A stretch of DNA of 63,595 nt, filler included, from Clostridiaceae bacterium (GCA_012839865.1; 3 parts of 3 records of this genome joined end to end with filler, not necessarily neighbours in it); one strand, 5' to 3'. Shown: positions 42,426 to 53,131, numbered from the whole stretch's first letter. The notes: generated by a model not told the origin, from the letters alone. Program-made: numbers and translations.

Positions 42426-43583
42426 TTATACTATAATTCTCTTGTCTTTCTTGTTTTCGTACATCAGCCTGTCGATATGGCTTAAGAACTGCTGCCAGGT
42501 AGTGCCCTGTTCGGGATTGTATATGTCATAACCCATACTGAAATTTATTAAATATGGAGCCTTGTTAGCCTTTTGAAATTTCTTTATATTCGCTTTAATC
42601 CTGTCGACTGCCTCAATCAGTTCTGAAACATCCGTAATTTCAAATATGATTACAAACTCGTCTCCCCCGTACCTTGCAATCAGGTCATCCTTGCCAAAGC
42701 TCATCTTCAGGATTTCTCCCGCATCCACCAGAGCCTGGTCTCCTACCGCATGCCCCCATATATCGTTAATATTTTTAAAGAAGTCCAGGTCAATCATTAT
42801 GCCGCCTATTAATTTACCATCACTTTTCTTGCTCTTTCTCCTGGAATACTCCTTCAGGTACCGGTCAAGCTGCCTTCTGTTGCTAAGGCCGGTAAGGTGG
42901 TCGATATAAAGCTGGTTGTTTTGCAGGTGCATCGAGATTATCAGTACCGAAACCGTCATGCTGGTCCACACAAGTTTAATTCCGTAGAAGAAAATTTGCA
43001 GCACTCCGGCCAATATCGGAACAAGGGCAAATGCAAAAAGCGGTATGAAATATTTTCTGGTAATAAGCTTGCGTTTTGCAATTATAAAAATCTGTATGCC
43101 AACCATATATGATACGCATATCAGGGAATAAAACCCGAACAAAGGACCCCTGTGGTAAACATTGTATTCATCGAACCAGAAAAAGTATCCTTTAATGGGG
43201 CTTAGAACAGTAAGTACAAAATTGATGAACACCGGTATCAACAGGACCGGCACTATCCGGTTTGCTTTTCCGGCATCCCTGTATACCTGGTATCTTACAT
43301 ACAAGCACCAGAAAAAGAATGTAAAAGGCGTAAATATGTATTCTATCACATCAAAGGTTATGTTGAGAATCCTCATAAACCTGCCCGGGGCACCGTCAAT
43401 TATAAACAATGCCGTACTCAAAGTGACCTGTACGGCATTAAGGATAAGAAGGCACAAAAAAGTTCTTTGTTCATATGTATACCGATGCACCTTATAACTG
43501 CTGCTCAAAAAAACCACAAGCAGTATTATCAGTGCAAATATATTCATTTCAGCATAAACCGCTTTTACCATTTCCATTTCCAA
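42426..43583 (-). CDS. Membrane-anchored diguanylate cyclase
   Basis: 7 TM-like segments, DHLTGLSNRR, DLDFFKNIND, RYGGDEF; lacks the RxxD I-site. Confidence 0.9.
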   Translation of the reverse strand: MEMEMVKAVYAEMNIFALIILLVVFLSSSYKVHRYTYEQRTFLCLLILNAVQVTLSTALFIIDGAPGRFMRILNITFDVIEYIFTPFTFFFWCLYVRYQVYRDAGKANRIVPVLLIPVFINFVLTVLSPIKGYFFWFDEYNVYHRGPLFGFYSLICVSYMVGIQIFIIAKRKLITRKYFIPLFAFALVPILAGVLQIFFYGIKLVWTSMTVSVLIISMHLQNNQLYIDHLTGLSNRRQLDRYLKEYSRRKSKKSDGKLIGGIMIDLDFFKNINDIWGHAVGDQALVDAGEILKMSFGKDDLIARYGGDEFVIIFEITDVSELIEAVDRIKANIKKFQKANKAPYLINFSMGYDIYNPEQGTTWQQFLSHIDRLMYENKKDKRIIV

Positions 43584-43860
43584 TTATCTAATCACCCACC
43601 TTTCCACCCAAACCCGGTTTGACAAATTAGAAATCCCAATGGCAGAAAAATTAAATATGATATAATAATAATTCTACATTAGATTCAAAAATCCTCCAGA
43701 AAATATGTTAATACTTTTCGTTCATATAGCAATCTGTTTAAAACCAATACAATAAAAAAATGCCCTGACATCCTGATAATTTCCATACCATTCCCCACAA
43801 TGGAGGTGTGTGAAATTACTTGATAACAAGGCATTTCAATTTGCTTATTTCTCATCCGGA

Positions 43861-44013
43861 ACCAGGGGGACGGTTCCTGTGGTCTCCTGCCCGGCCTTCT
43901 GGCGGCTGCGCGGTTTACTTTGGGGACCAGGGGGACGTTTATTGTGGCCCCATACCCGGTTTTCTTGCCGGTAGCGGGGTTTCTACCAGGTGTCCGGTTT
44001 CCTTGCCGGTAGC
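43861..44013. repeat. REP-like GGGGACGGTTC hairpin copies plus a 20-bp direct repeat
   Basis: ACCAGGGGGACGGTTCCTGTGGT (43861), GGGGACCAGGGGGACGTTTATTGTGGCCCC (43922), CCGGTTT(T/C)CTTGCCGGTAGC twice (~43956, ~43994). Confidence 0.65.
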
Positions 44014-44058
44014 CGGCTTCATATATAGCAACAGGCATCCTATCCGCTGCCTGGCCCC

Positions 44059-46857
44059 CTAAATATTTTGCAGCGTCTTTAGCACCTCGCTGCCTATGCC
44101 CAATTTATAACCGGCAGAAATATACCTTATCTTTCCACCCCGGTCAATCACAAATACAAGGGGATAATCAACCTTATGCGGTTTATCCATGCCAGACAAT
44201 AATGCATTAAGACATGCGTTCTTCTTATCCTGGCTAAAAAGCGTCTTTTGGGGAAGATTTTCAAAAACATCGGCACAGAATGCCGAAGCGGGCTTGTCTC
44301 CATTGATGCTCAGTATTATATTACCTCCCCACAGTTCGTATTCCTTCGAAAGCTCACGCAACTCCCGCAGCAAATGCCTTGAAGGCTCCCTTTCAGGCTC
44401 AATCCATGCCACCACAAGATTATTTCGGGCCAGTGCCTCATTAAGGGGCAGCAAATAGCCTTTGGCCTGCTTCGTACATTGATCCTGTGCCCCGTCGTTA
44501 CCGGAAAAACCTGCCTTCAAACCGGTTTCCTCCTGTTGCGAAGTACCTGAAGCTGCCGGAGTTTTACTTTCCTCATGCAACGAACTTCCTTTTGCACTAA
44601 TTATGTCGAAAGTGCATTCAAAAGACGCAGTCCCAAGGACAGGTGCAATACCTTCCTCTTTTCTGAAGAAAAGCTCAACTTCTGTTGTTTTTCCGGGTTC
44701 AACTTCGAAAATTGTCATTCGGACAAGAGTTGTCCCGAAAGAAGTTCTTGTTCCGGTAACAAGCCTGTAATACCCGGGCAGCACTTCCATGGCTTTCTCC
44801 GGTTTATCCCAGTCAAGGTCTTCATAATCAAGACTTTTGAATACACTCTCATCAAAACGGGCAATGGAGAAATCCGTAAAATACTTCACCTTTCTATCGC
44901 ATCCCGGCTCCCTGACAATCCTAATCCTCCCCGGCCGGTTGTCGGCCGTATCCATTGGGCTTGTGCCTGCTTCCATAATCTGATGAAAACCTGAACCATT
45001 GGACAATTTTTCGCTTACGCAGCCGCTTTGGGTAACACCGAGAATAGCATCCTTCCAAACCCCGCTCATAAAATACTGGGGTCTTTTATCCGCCGGGTGC
45101 AGGCGGGCTGGTATTCCAAAACTCCGTGCCATTGCCACAAAAGTAATCGCCTTTGACAGCCTGTCGGCTTTTTTCAATTCATAGGAACCCCTTGGCGTAG
45201 CTGAGCCATTGTAGCAGGTATAGCCCTCAGTCAATTGTATATTGTCCCTTACCCACATAACCAGAAGTTCAGGGTCTCTTTGAAAGCGCTCCACCTCATC
45301 CTTTGAAAATTCCTTCATAAAAAATTCCCTGAAGCAGCCAATCATCTCCCAGACCACCCTTGGACAGAGAATATAGTTTATGTATATTTCCTCGTCGAAC
45401 TTTCCCTGATAAATTGACGCATTATAAAGGTGATCCCTGAGTACAGGCCGGAATGTATCCGTAAGGTCTTTGTCAGCCAGGCTTTCCAGCAGTTTCAAAG
45501 CCAGTTCCCCGTATTTTGGAGTCTCTTCCAGGAGAAATTCTGCAATTTCGCAGCTGTTGCCCCTGGCTTTTTCCAGTACACTTTGTATACGCTCCTGTGG
45601 CAGTGACAATTTTGAAGCAACTTTATTGACAAGGTCCCCCGCCAGAAATGTCGCTTCATACTCCGCCCTTATTCCAGCCTCTTCCTTAACCCTTTCTTCA
45701 TGCCTCTGCTTTTCTTCAATTGACGGCTCCTCCAGCGGAATATGGGTTTCCTTGGGAGGAATCATGTCAAGCTCAAATATTCCGCAAACCGGTGCTTCTT
45801 TTGAAAGGGTGATTTCAAAATAATCTTCTTCTGTAACGCTTATCTTTTTGTATCCCCAGCCTTTTTCCCCGGCTGCATGGACCATCAGGTCCCCAAGTCC
45901 GGTTGTCAGGGTGACTTTCCCGTTTTTGTCCGAGGTCAGCCCGGCTATATTGGAAAATTCGCCTGAATTAAACACCTGAAAATAAACTTTTGTGTCAGGA
46001 ACCGGGCAGCCGTTTGAATCAATCAGTTTAACCGTGATTTTTCTAATAGGCGCATAATTTTTAAGCAGGTTCAGTTCGGTATACCATTCATTTGCGATGG
46101 TAATCTCCTCCGGGCCAGGGTAATTGCCAGGGACACGGGTATGTATAAGCATTGCTCTTGTTGCGGGGTCTCTGAACCAACCGTTGTTAAGAATCAAATC
46201 AGGTTCGCAAGCGCCAAAATAATACCACTCACCGTCAGCCCAGGCTTCCACCCACGCATGGTTCGAATCGCAATGGGCCCATCTGGGGGTATAGACCTGG
46301 CGAGCCGGTATGCAAAGGCTCCTTAAGGCGGACACTGCCAGGGTCGATTCCTCCCCGCAGCGGCCTATGGCCCTCCGGATAACCGATAATGGTGATGATG
46401 TGCGGGGGTCACAGGCAATATATCCTGCCTTCTCATGGCACCAATGGTTAACCTCCAAAATTGCATCCTTCATGGATAAATTCTTGACCCTGTCAAAAAT
46501 CTGTTCAAATAGAATACCACGGCAGTTTTCAATATTTTCGTTGTTTACCCGGTAAGGCAAAACAAAATGCAAGAATATTGAATCAGGGATTTTATCACCC
46601 CAGGGAACCAGCCTGCGTATGTGGTAGGTCTCCCTTACATGCTGCAAAAAGATGCTTCCGTCATAGTCTGCAAGGTCATTTAGGGACATGTAGGCATAAA
46701 GAAATTTTAAAGCCAATACTTCATCCTCTGCCAAATCCCCGTCGAATATTCCAAACAGGGCTTTTTCCCTTTCTTTGGCAAGTTCCCTCTTTTGCTGAAA
46801 TTTCTTCTCTATGATTGCAAGATAGTTGCTGTCGATATTAAATACAGAGCCACCCAT
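44059..46857 (-). CDS. Large transglutaminase-like domain protein (PNGase-like catalytic region)
   Basis: GRCGEES, LCIPARQVYTPRWAHCDSNHAWVE, second degenerate repeat (SFGIPARL), C-terminal thioredoxin-like segment. Confidence 0.82.
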   Translation of the reverse strand: MGGSVFNIDSNYLAIIEKKFQQKRELAKEREKALFGIFDGDLAEDEVLALKFLYAYMSLNDLADYDGSIFLQHVRETYHIRRLVPWGDKIPDSIFLHFVLPYRVNNENIENCRGILFEQIFDRVKNLSMKDAILEVNHWCHEKAGYIACDPRTSSPLSVIRRAIGRCGEESTLAVSALRSLCIPARQVYTPRWAHCDSNHAWVEAWADGEWYYFGACEPDLILNNGWFRDPATRAMLIHTRVPGNYPGPEEITIANEWYTELNLLKNYAPIRKITVKLIDSNGCPVPDTKVYFQVFNSGEFSNIAGLTSDKNGKVTLTTGLGDLMVHAAGEKGWGYKKISVTEEDYFEITLSKEAPVCGIFELDMIPPKETHIPLEEPSIEEKQRHEERVKEEAGIRAEYEATFLAGDLVNKVASKLSLPQERIQSVLEKARGNSCEIAEFLLEETPKYGELALKLLESLADKDLTDTFRPVLRDHLYNASIYQGKFDEEIYINYILCPRVVWEMIGCFREFFMKEFSKDEVERFQRDPELLVMWVRDNIQLTEGYTCYNGSATPRGSYELKKADRLSKAITFVAMARSFGIPARLHPADKRPQYFMSGVWKDAILGVTQSGCVSEKLSNGSGFHQIMEAGTSPMDTADNRPGRIRIVREPGCDRKVKYFTDFSIARFDESVFKSLDYEDLDWDKPEKAMEVLPGYYRLVTGTRTSFGTTLVRMTIFEVEPGKTTEVELFFRKEEGIAPVLGTASFECTFDIISAKGSSLHEESKTPAASGTSQQEETGLKAGFSGNDGAQDQCTKQAKGYLLPLNEALARNNLVVAWIEPEREPSRHLLRELRELSKEYELWGGNIILSINGDKPASAFCADVFENLPQKTLFSQDKKNACLNALLSGMDKPHKVDYPLVFVIDRGGKIRYISAGYKLGIGSEVLKTLQNI

Positions 46858-47038
46858 TTTATAGATTCCTCTCTTTCATAGGATTAGTTTGAAATTCTGC
46901 CAGCTGATCACAAAGCCTCCACCACCGGGACTATTTCCCGCTGATGTTTATTTTCCACATTGTCACTTTCGCTTATAGCACCATCATCGGAACCAACGGC
47001 CCCGCTAACGCTTATTTTCAATTCAAACCAAACTCCGA

Positions 47039-48442
47039 TTACAAAAACTTTGCTTCCACTCGATAGCCTTTCCCTTCAGGCAGTGTCAAAGATCGCTCCT
47101 CCGGGTCAAAATCCTGCCATGGCCGGCCGTTTACCTTCACTTCCGTCAGCCTTACCGACGGGTCGTCAAACAAGGAAATGTAAAACTTCTTTGAAGGCTC
47201 ATCAGAATCAAGCTTGAAATAAAGCACCGCAGGCTGCTTGTGGAGATATGCACTCAAATAAAGATAGTTCAAAAGAGAATGCTCCATTTCATGATAACTT
47301 GTGCGCCACGGCCTGGCTTTTCTGTCATCGCTGTCGGGTTCACCCCCGGGCGATACGGCAGCAAATATCCCTCCATACTCCGTATCCCTTATGTAACGGT
47401 GCCAGAATTCTTCACTTTTTATGAAACGGTCAAGATACTCTGTATTGTTTGTCAGATGGTACAGGTGAAGCTGAAGAAAGCACCCATAATTCTGAATCCA
47501 ATTTTGTACAAGGGTAAAGGGTGCATGACGATGGGGAGGTTTTTTTTCAACCATTTCAATCCAACCGCCCCCGGTTGCATCCCAGCCGGTTTTATTGGTC
47601 TTTTCGGCAAGTTTCAATGCTTCCTCAAAATATGTTTTTTTGCCGGTTTGCTGATATAACCTTATAAAAGAAAGGGCTGCAGTAAGCTGCGCTCCGATAT
47701 GTATGTATTCGTTATTGTCTAATATATAAGGGCTGAATTCCCACCGGTGGTCCAGGGAGTTCATATACCCGTTAATCCAGCCGTTTTCTTTATCTTTCAT
47801 GCGCTCCAGGGTAATATCGGTAAGCTCGCATTCCCAATCCAGTATTTTGTCCTTTCGGGTCGCGAGCCATAAATTCAAAAGCAGCGAACCTACGTAACCA
47901 TAATGGGCGTGTTTGTTTTTTGATGAATCAAGGACGCTGAGATCCCGGTTCAAGGCCTGGTAATAGCCGCCAAACTCCTCATCATGGCCAAAGGTTTTTT
48001 GAATACCTATGGATTTGCATATATAGGGCAGTACCCTTGAATCACCGGTTGTGAAATAATACATGGTAAGACCGACATTGGTATAAAGTTGGAGAGGTAT
48101 GCTTTTTGTCGTTTCCAGAGGTTTTCCGTCCCGCTGGAGCAGGTCAAACCAGCCGCCGTATAAGTTATCCCAGGCATGCTCCAATAAAAAGTCTACACCC
48201 TCCCGGGCTATATCAATGTACTTGTCTTCCCCTGAAAGAAGATATGCAACCGAGAATCCAAATACATGCCGGCTTATCATGGCCGGATATTTGCTCCAGG
48301 GCTCAAGAGGCTCCCATATGCGGGACAAATTTGTGTAAAAGCCGCCATACTCCTTATCAGGCGCATTTTTGTACCAGTAAGGTATAAGTTCATTAAGGGC
48401 CAGATGCCTCCAAAATTCAGGATTCAAGAATGCACTATCCAT
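47039..48442 (-). CDS. AGE-family epimerase/isomerase (N-acylglucosamine/cellobiose 2-epimerase-like)
   Basis: D.EYGGFY, MISRHVFGFS, D..YGGW, YHEMEH motifs of the (alpha/alpha)6 AGE fold. Confidence 0.82.
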   Translation of the reverse strand: MDSAFLNPEFWRHLALNELIPYWYKNAPDKEYGGFYTNLSRIWEPLEPWSKYPAMISRHVFGFSVAYLLSGEDKYIDIAREGVDFLLEHAWDNLYGGWFDLLQRDGKPLETTKSIPLQLYTNVGLTMYYFTTGDSRVLPYICKSIGIQKTFGHDEEFGGYYQALNRDLSVLDSSKNKHAHYGYVGSLLLNLWLATRKDKILDWECELTDITLERMKDKENGWINGYMNSLDHRWEFSPYILDNNEYIHIGAQLTAALSFIRLYQQTGKKTYFEEALKLAEKTNKTGWDATGGGWIEMVEKKPPHRHAPFTLVQNWIQNYGCFLQLHLYHLTNNTEYLDRFIKSEEFWHRYIRDTEYGGIFAAVSPGGEPDSDDRKARPWRTSYHEMEHSLLNYLYLSAYLHKQPAVLYFKLDSDEPSKKFYISLFDDPSVRLTEVKVNGRPWQDFDPEERSLTLPEGKGYRVEAKFL

Positions 48443-48688
48443 ATTCTCAATACTCCCTTTGCCAAAATAAACTGATGCGTTACCTTTTTAGCTTACCGCC
48501 TTTTAGCCGGGTCCTGCCTCCCTTTGCTGAAGTTGACCGGCACCGCACCTTCCAATGCAATGGGTATTATATAGCAGCATATGGATAGGTTCAATGTATT
48601 AAATTAAGACATTGATGTTAGTTTTGTCTTAGAATTTTCTCAGAACGTAGTATTTTGAATTTTCTTCAAATAAATATAAACACAAAGT

Positions 48689-49486
48689 TTAACCTCTGGT
48701 CTTTCCACCTGCTACATTTATAGTAACTCCATGAATATAACTTGCATGGTCGCTTATTAGAAAAGCTACTACATTTGCCACTTCTGCCAACTTACCGATG
48801 CGTCCTAACGGGATAGTGCTTGTTTTTTCATAGCTTAAACGCAGTTCTTCTACTGTAATATTTCGTGCGTAGGCAAGAGCTGCCTCATAATCCGGTGTCC
48901 TGAGGTTAGTGGATTCCAGGACTCCCGGAGCTACACCGACAACACGTATTCCCTTTCTCCCAAGTTCTTTTGCCCAACTGCGGGTTAGAGAGTTGACAGC
49001 ATTCTTGCTTGCTGCATACGCGCTTTGTCCCTCACTTCCTTCCAGACCGCTCTCAGAGGACATGTTGAGGATAACTCCATAGCCTTGCCTTACCATTTGT
49101 TTTGCAACAGCTTGCGATACAAAAAACACACCCTTAAGATTTACATTCATGACTTTATCCCAGGCAGTTTCGTCCATTTCGTATAAATTGTTCTCGTCCA
49201 CCAGCAAACGCGGTATACTGATACCTGCATTATTCACAACTGCATCAATTGTTCCGTAGCGCTTTAATACTGCTTGAACCATAGCTTCTACACTGTTGCG
49301 GTTTGATACATCTGCCTGAACATAGAAGACCTTGTCTGCCAATTCAGGTGATTCCGGATACAGGTCACATACTGCTACATTTGCACCATCTTCCAAAAGC
49401 TCCCTGACTATGGCATATCCAAGACCTTTAGCTCCTCCGGTTACAATAACATTTTTATTTTCCAAATTGAGCCATGAGCTGTTCAT
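48689..49486 (-). CDS. srlD: SDR oxidoreductase, sorbitol-6-phosphate dehydrogenase-like
   Basis: TGGAKGLG, NNAGISIPRLLVD, SESGLEGSEGQSAYAASK, IPLGR.GK. Confidence 0.82.
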   Translation of the reverse strand: MNSSWLNLENKNVIVTGGAKGLGYAIVRELLEDGANVAVCDLYPESPELADKVFYVQADVSNRNSVEAMVQAVLKRYGTIDAVVNNAGISIPRLLVDENNLYEMDETAWDKVMNVNLKGVFFVSQAVAKQMVRQGYGVILNMSSESGLEGSEGQSAYAASKNAVNSLTRSWAKELGRKGIRVVGVAPGVLESTNLRTPDYEAALAYARNITVEELRLSYEKTSTIPLGRIGKLAEVANVVAFLISDHASYIHGVTINVAGGKTRG

Positions 49487-49665
49487 AATTGTGATTAGCA
49501 TGATACAGCAACTGCTTTATCACACGTTCCTCCTTCTTAAAATAGTACTTTTATAAATTGCTTCTGCTTTTCATACTATAGCTTTTTTTTGGTTGTGCAA
49601 CAAAGATTGATACCTTTTCAAAAACAAACCACCTTATTTTTTCTTCACGTTCATGTTATAATTAT

Positions 49666-49708
49666 TTTATGGCGTATACTTTTTGATAAAATCAATTTTA
49701 TGGCGTAT
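49666..49708. promoter_or_regulatory. Tandem TTTATGGCGTAT operator-like boxes in the srlD/etfB divergent region
   Basis: Two copies about 30 bp apart; a 17-bp exact copy recurs at 54944-54960. Confidence 0.6.
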
Positions 49709-49829
49709 TCTTAACAGCTTATGCTTTAGTGGAGTATTTTTGTCATTCAGATATATAGGCAAACAAATCGAATGATTCCGGAATATCCTTTCGAGTCAGC
49801 TAAATCAAAGTTCTAAGGAGGCTTAATAA

Positions 49830-50627
49830 GTGGATATTATCGTACTAATCAAACAAGTTCCTGAAACAAGCAATGTAAAAATGGATCCGAACACCGGAAC
49901 AATGGTAAGGGACGGCGTTGAAAGCATTATCAACCCCCTGGATTTATATGCTATTGAAGTCGGATTGCAGTTAAAAGAAGAGCATGGCGGCAAGGTTACT
50001 GCCGTCACCATGGGACCTCCTTCGGCTTCAAAGGCTTTAAAAGAAGCAATCGCCATGGGGTGTGATGAGGGTGTGCTGATTACCGACAGAAAATTTGCAG
50101 GTTCGGATACCTGGTCTACTGCCTATATTTTATCGGCAGCAATCAAAAAAATAGGCAACTACGATATTGTTTTAGCCGGAGAAAGAGCAACAGACGGCGA
50201 TACGGGACAAGTCGGCCCAAATATTGCAGCCTGTCTGGATCTTCCCCTGGGAACCTACATAAGCAGGATTGACAAAACCGACTGCGACAAGATTATCGTA
50301 GAAAGACTGCTGGAAGAAGGTTATGAGAAACTTGAAATGCCCCTTCCAGCCCTGTTAACAGTAGTAAAGGAAATCAGTTTCCCAAGGCTGCCCACCCTGC
50401 GGGGCAAACAGAGAGCCAAGAAAACAGAACTTATTGTGTTTTCAGCTGAAAATTTGGAGCTTGATGAAAATCTGACAGGCTTGAGGGGTTCGCCCACAAG
50501 GGTTGTTAAAATTGAATCCCCAAAGGTCATGAGAAACGGCATAATGCTTTCTGCAAAGGACGAGGACCAGTTGGAGGACGCAGTAAACAAACTTGTTGAG
50601 TTCTTGAAAACCAAGGAAATTATTTAG
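49830..50627 (+). CDS. etfB: Electron transfer flavoprotein beta subunit
   Basis: IKQVP, INPLD.YAIE, GSDTWSTA, DGDTGQVGP. Confidence 0.95.
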   Translation: MDIIVLIKQVPETSNVKMDPNTGTMVRDGVESIINPLDLYAIEVGLQLKEEHGGKVTAVTMGPPSASKALKEAIAMGCDEGVLITDRKFAGSDTWSTAYILSAAIKKIGNYDIVLAGERATDGDTGQVGPNIAACLDLPLGTYISRIDKTDCDKIIVERLLEEGYEKLEMPLPALLTVVKEISFPRLPTLRGKQRAKKTELIVFSAENLELDENLTGLRGSPTRVVKIESPKVMRNGIMLSAKDEDQLEDAVNKLVEFLKTKEII

Positions 50628-50636
50628 GAGGTAAAC

Positions 50637-51638
50637 ATGGATTATAGAAATATATGGACTATGGCTGAAGCCCAAAACGGGAAGCTGAAAGAAGTATCTT
50701 TTGAACTCCTCTCAAGAGGAAGAGCTTTGGCGGACAAGTTAAATGAATCCCTGGTGTCGGTTGTAATCGGAAACAATATAGATAAAGAGCAGCTTGACCA
50801 GTTGATTTTCAGGGGTGCCGACGAAGTTCTGGTTGTAGAAGACGAAAGTCTTGATGACTTTATTGTTGAAACTTACAGCAATGTACTGGTTGACATGATA
50901 AAAGAAATGAAGCCGAATATTATCCTGGCTGCAGCCACGGTAAACGGAAGAACCCTGATGCCCCATGTTGCAATGAGGATTCACACGGGACTCACGGCAG
51001 ACTGCACCGACCTTGATATTGAAAAGGATACTAAAAATCTGCTTCAGACAAGACCGGCAATCGGGGGGAACATATTGGCCACCATCAAAACTCCACAGCA
51101 TCGCCCTCAAATGGCAACTGTAAGGCCAAAATCTTCAAAACCCCTGGAATTGGACCCAAACAGGACCGGAAAAATCAGGTATATAGAATTTGACAGGAGC
51201 TTATTGGACAACCGGGTCAGAAAACTTGAAGCAAGACACGACCAGGACAGGAACATAAACATACAGGAATCCGACGTTGTTGTGGCAGGCGGCAAGGGCA
51301 TGAAAAAGGCTGAAAACTTTGCCATGCTGCAGGAGTTGGCAGACAGGCTGGGAGGAGTGGTCGGAGCCTCAAGGGATGCTGTTGACAGGGGTTGGGCTGT
51401 GTATCCCCAGCAGGTCGGATTGAGCGGTAAAACCGTTACGCCAAAACTTTATATGGCAGTAGGCATTTCAGGCGCGATTCAGCACCTGGCGGGTATGAAA
51501 ACCTCCGAGATAATTGTAGCAATAAATAGCGATCCGGATGCAGCCATTTTCAAAGTATCAGATTTTGGCATAACCGGAGATTTGTTCGATGTACTGCCTT
51601 TGCTGATCAAAAAGCTGAATGAGGAGGTAAAAGCATGA
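50637..51638 (+). CDS. etfA: Electron transfer flavoprotein alpha subunit
   Basis: GLTADCT, RPQMATVRP, VVVAGGKG, QVGLSGKTVTP, GISGAIQH. Confidence 0.95.
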   Translation: MDYRNIWTMAEAQNGKLKEVSFELLSRGRALADKLNESLVSVVIGNNIDKEQLDQLIFRGADEVLVVEDESLDDFIVETYSNVLVDMIKEMKPNIILAAATVNGRTLMPHVAMRIHTGLTADCTDLDIEKDTKNLLQTRPAIGGNILATIKTPQHRPQMATVRPKSSKPLELDPNRTGKIRYIEFDRSLLDNRVRKLEARHDQDRNINIQESDVVVAGGKGMKKAENFAMLQELADRLGGVVGASRDAVDRGWAVYPQQVGLSGKTVTPKLYMAVGISGAIQHLAGMKTSEIIVAINSDPDAAIFKVSDFGITGDLFDVLPLLIKKLNEEVKA

Positions 51639-53047
51639 AATACAATACTTTAAATGCTGAAATTATAAAAGAACTGGAGAATATTTTGGGCAGCAAAAAT
51701 ATAATGCTGGACGAAGAAAAGATTGAAAACTATTCCCATGACGAAACTCCGAAAGAATTTGCCCATATGCCTGAAGTGGTTGTCACTCCCACAGATGCAA
51801 AGCAAGTGTCAGAAATAATGAAGCTGGCCAACAAACATCTTATCCCTGTCACCCCAAGAGCTGCAGGGAGCGGACTTTCCGGCGGCGCCATCCCGATATA
51901 CGGCGGTATCTTGCTTTCAATGGAAAAATTGAATAAAGTGATAGAAACAGACTATGAGAACATGATGATTGTCGTTGAGCCGGGCCTGGTGACAAATGAA
52001 ATCAACAGGCTGGTTGAAGACAAAGGGTTGTTCTTTGCCGGGTATCCAATGAGTCTGTTATCCTGCTGTATCGGCGGCAATATAGCTGAAAACGCCGGTG
52101 GCGGCAAAGCTATAAAGTACGGTGTTACCGGCCAGTATGTAATGGGCCTGGAAGTTGTCCTTCCCACCGGTGAAATCGTGGAATTGGGCGGGAAAAACGT
52201 CAAGGATGTCACAGGCTATGACCTTAAAAGCCTTATAATAGGTTCGGAGGGTACATTGGGAGTCGTAACAAAGGCAATCATCAAGCTTTCCCCAAAGCCA
52301 AAATACGCAACTGATCTATTGGTGCTGTTTGAAGATGTCAATTCCGCAATAAAAATAGTTCCCATTATTATTTCAAAGGGCGGCATTGTCCCCACATCCA
52401 TAGAATTTATGGACAAATTGTCGGTACATACCACATGCGATTATTTGAATGAGCACCTGCCTTACCAGAAAGCCGGAGCAATGCTGCTGATAGAAGTGGA
52501 CGGAACCAGAGAGGATATTGTTGAAGCAGATGCGGAAACCATAGGGGAGTTGTGCCTTGAGAATGGGGCAATAGAAGTCTATGTGGCTGACAACCATACA
52601 ACCCAGGAGAGGGTGTGGAATGTAAGAAGAAACATTGCAGAGGCCTTCATGGTATACAGCCCGGAGCAAAGTCTTGAAGACATAGTTGTTCCAATAGCAA
52701 ACATACCGCTCCTGATGCCCGAAATTGAAAAGATATCAGCCAAATACGGGATTAAAATGCCCACCTACGGGCATGCAGGCGACGGAAATCTTCATACTAC
52801 ATTGGTTAAGAACCCTGACATGACCATGGAGGAATGGTTTGAAACCGAGGACAAAGTGCTAAAGGAACTGTATGAAGTCGTTTACAGCCTTGGAGGCAAG
52901 TTGAGCGGTGAGCATGGCATTGGAATAAAACGCAGGGATTATCTGAAAAATCATGTTAGTGAAACAGAGCTGATGCTCATGAAGAAAATCAAAAGGGCCT
53001 TCGACCCCAACAATATAATGAACCCGGGGAAGATTTTCTCCCTGTAG
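51635..53047 (+). CDS. FAD-linked 2-hydroxyacid dehydrogenase (GlcD/LctD-like)
   Basis: GSGLSGGA, IGGNIAENAGG, GSEGTLG, GHAGDGNLH, SGEHGIG, MNPGK. Confidence 0.92.
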   Translation: MKYNTLNAEIIKELENILGSKNIMLDEEKIENYSHDETPKEFAHMPEVVVTPTDAKQVSEIMKLANKHLIPVTPRAAGSGLSGGAIPIYGGILLSMEKLNKVIETDYENMMIVVEPGLVTNEINRLVEDKGLFFAGYPMSLLSCCIGGNIAENAGGGKAIKYGVTGQYVMGLEVVLPTGEIVELGGKNVKDVTGYDLKSLIIGSEGTLGVVTKAIIKLSPKPKYATDLLVLFEDVNSAIKIVPIIISKGGIVPTSIEFMDKLSVHTTCDYLNEHLPYQKAGAMLLIEVDGTREDIVEADAETIGELCLENGAIEVYVADNHTTQERVWNVRRNIAEAFMVYSPEQSLEDIVVPIANIPLLMPEIEKISAKYGIKMPTYGHAGDGNLHTTLVKNPDMTMEEWFETEDKVLKELYEVVYSLGGKLSGEHGIGIKRRDYLKNHVSETELMLMKKIKRAFDPNNIMNPGKIFSL

Positions 53048-53081
53048 GAAGTGGGACAGAGGTGCAAAAAATAAGACAGGG

Positions 53082-53131
53082 TAAGACAGGGGACGGTTCT
53101 GTGTCTTATATGGGACAGGTCCCTTGTCCCA
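53082..53131. repeat. Two adjacent REP-like hairpins
   Basis: TAAGACA-GGGGACGGTTCTG-TGTCTTA and TGGGACA-GGTCCCT-TGTCCCA. Confidence 0.7.

Noticed and set aside
43685..44062. ORFs 43685-44038 and 43820-44062
   Set aside because: They overlap REP-like repeats, have no domain motifs and look like shadow ORFs.
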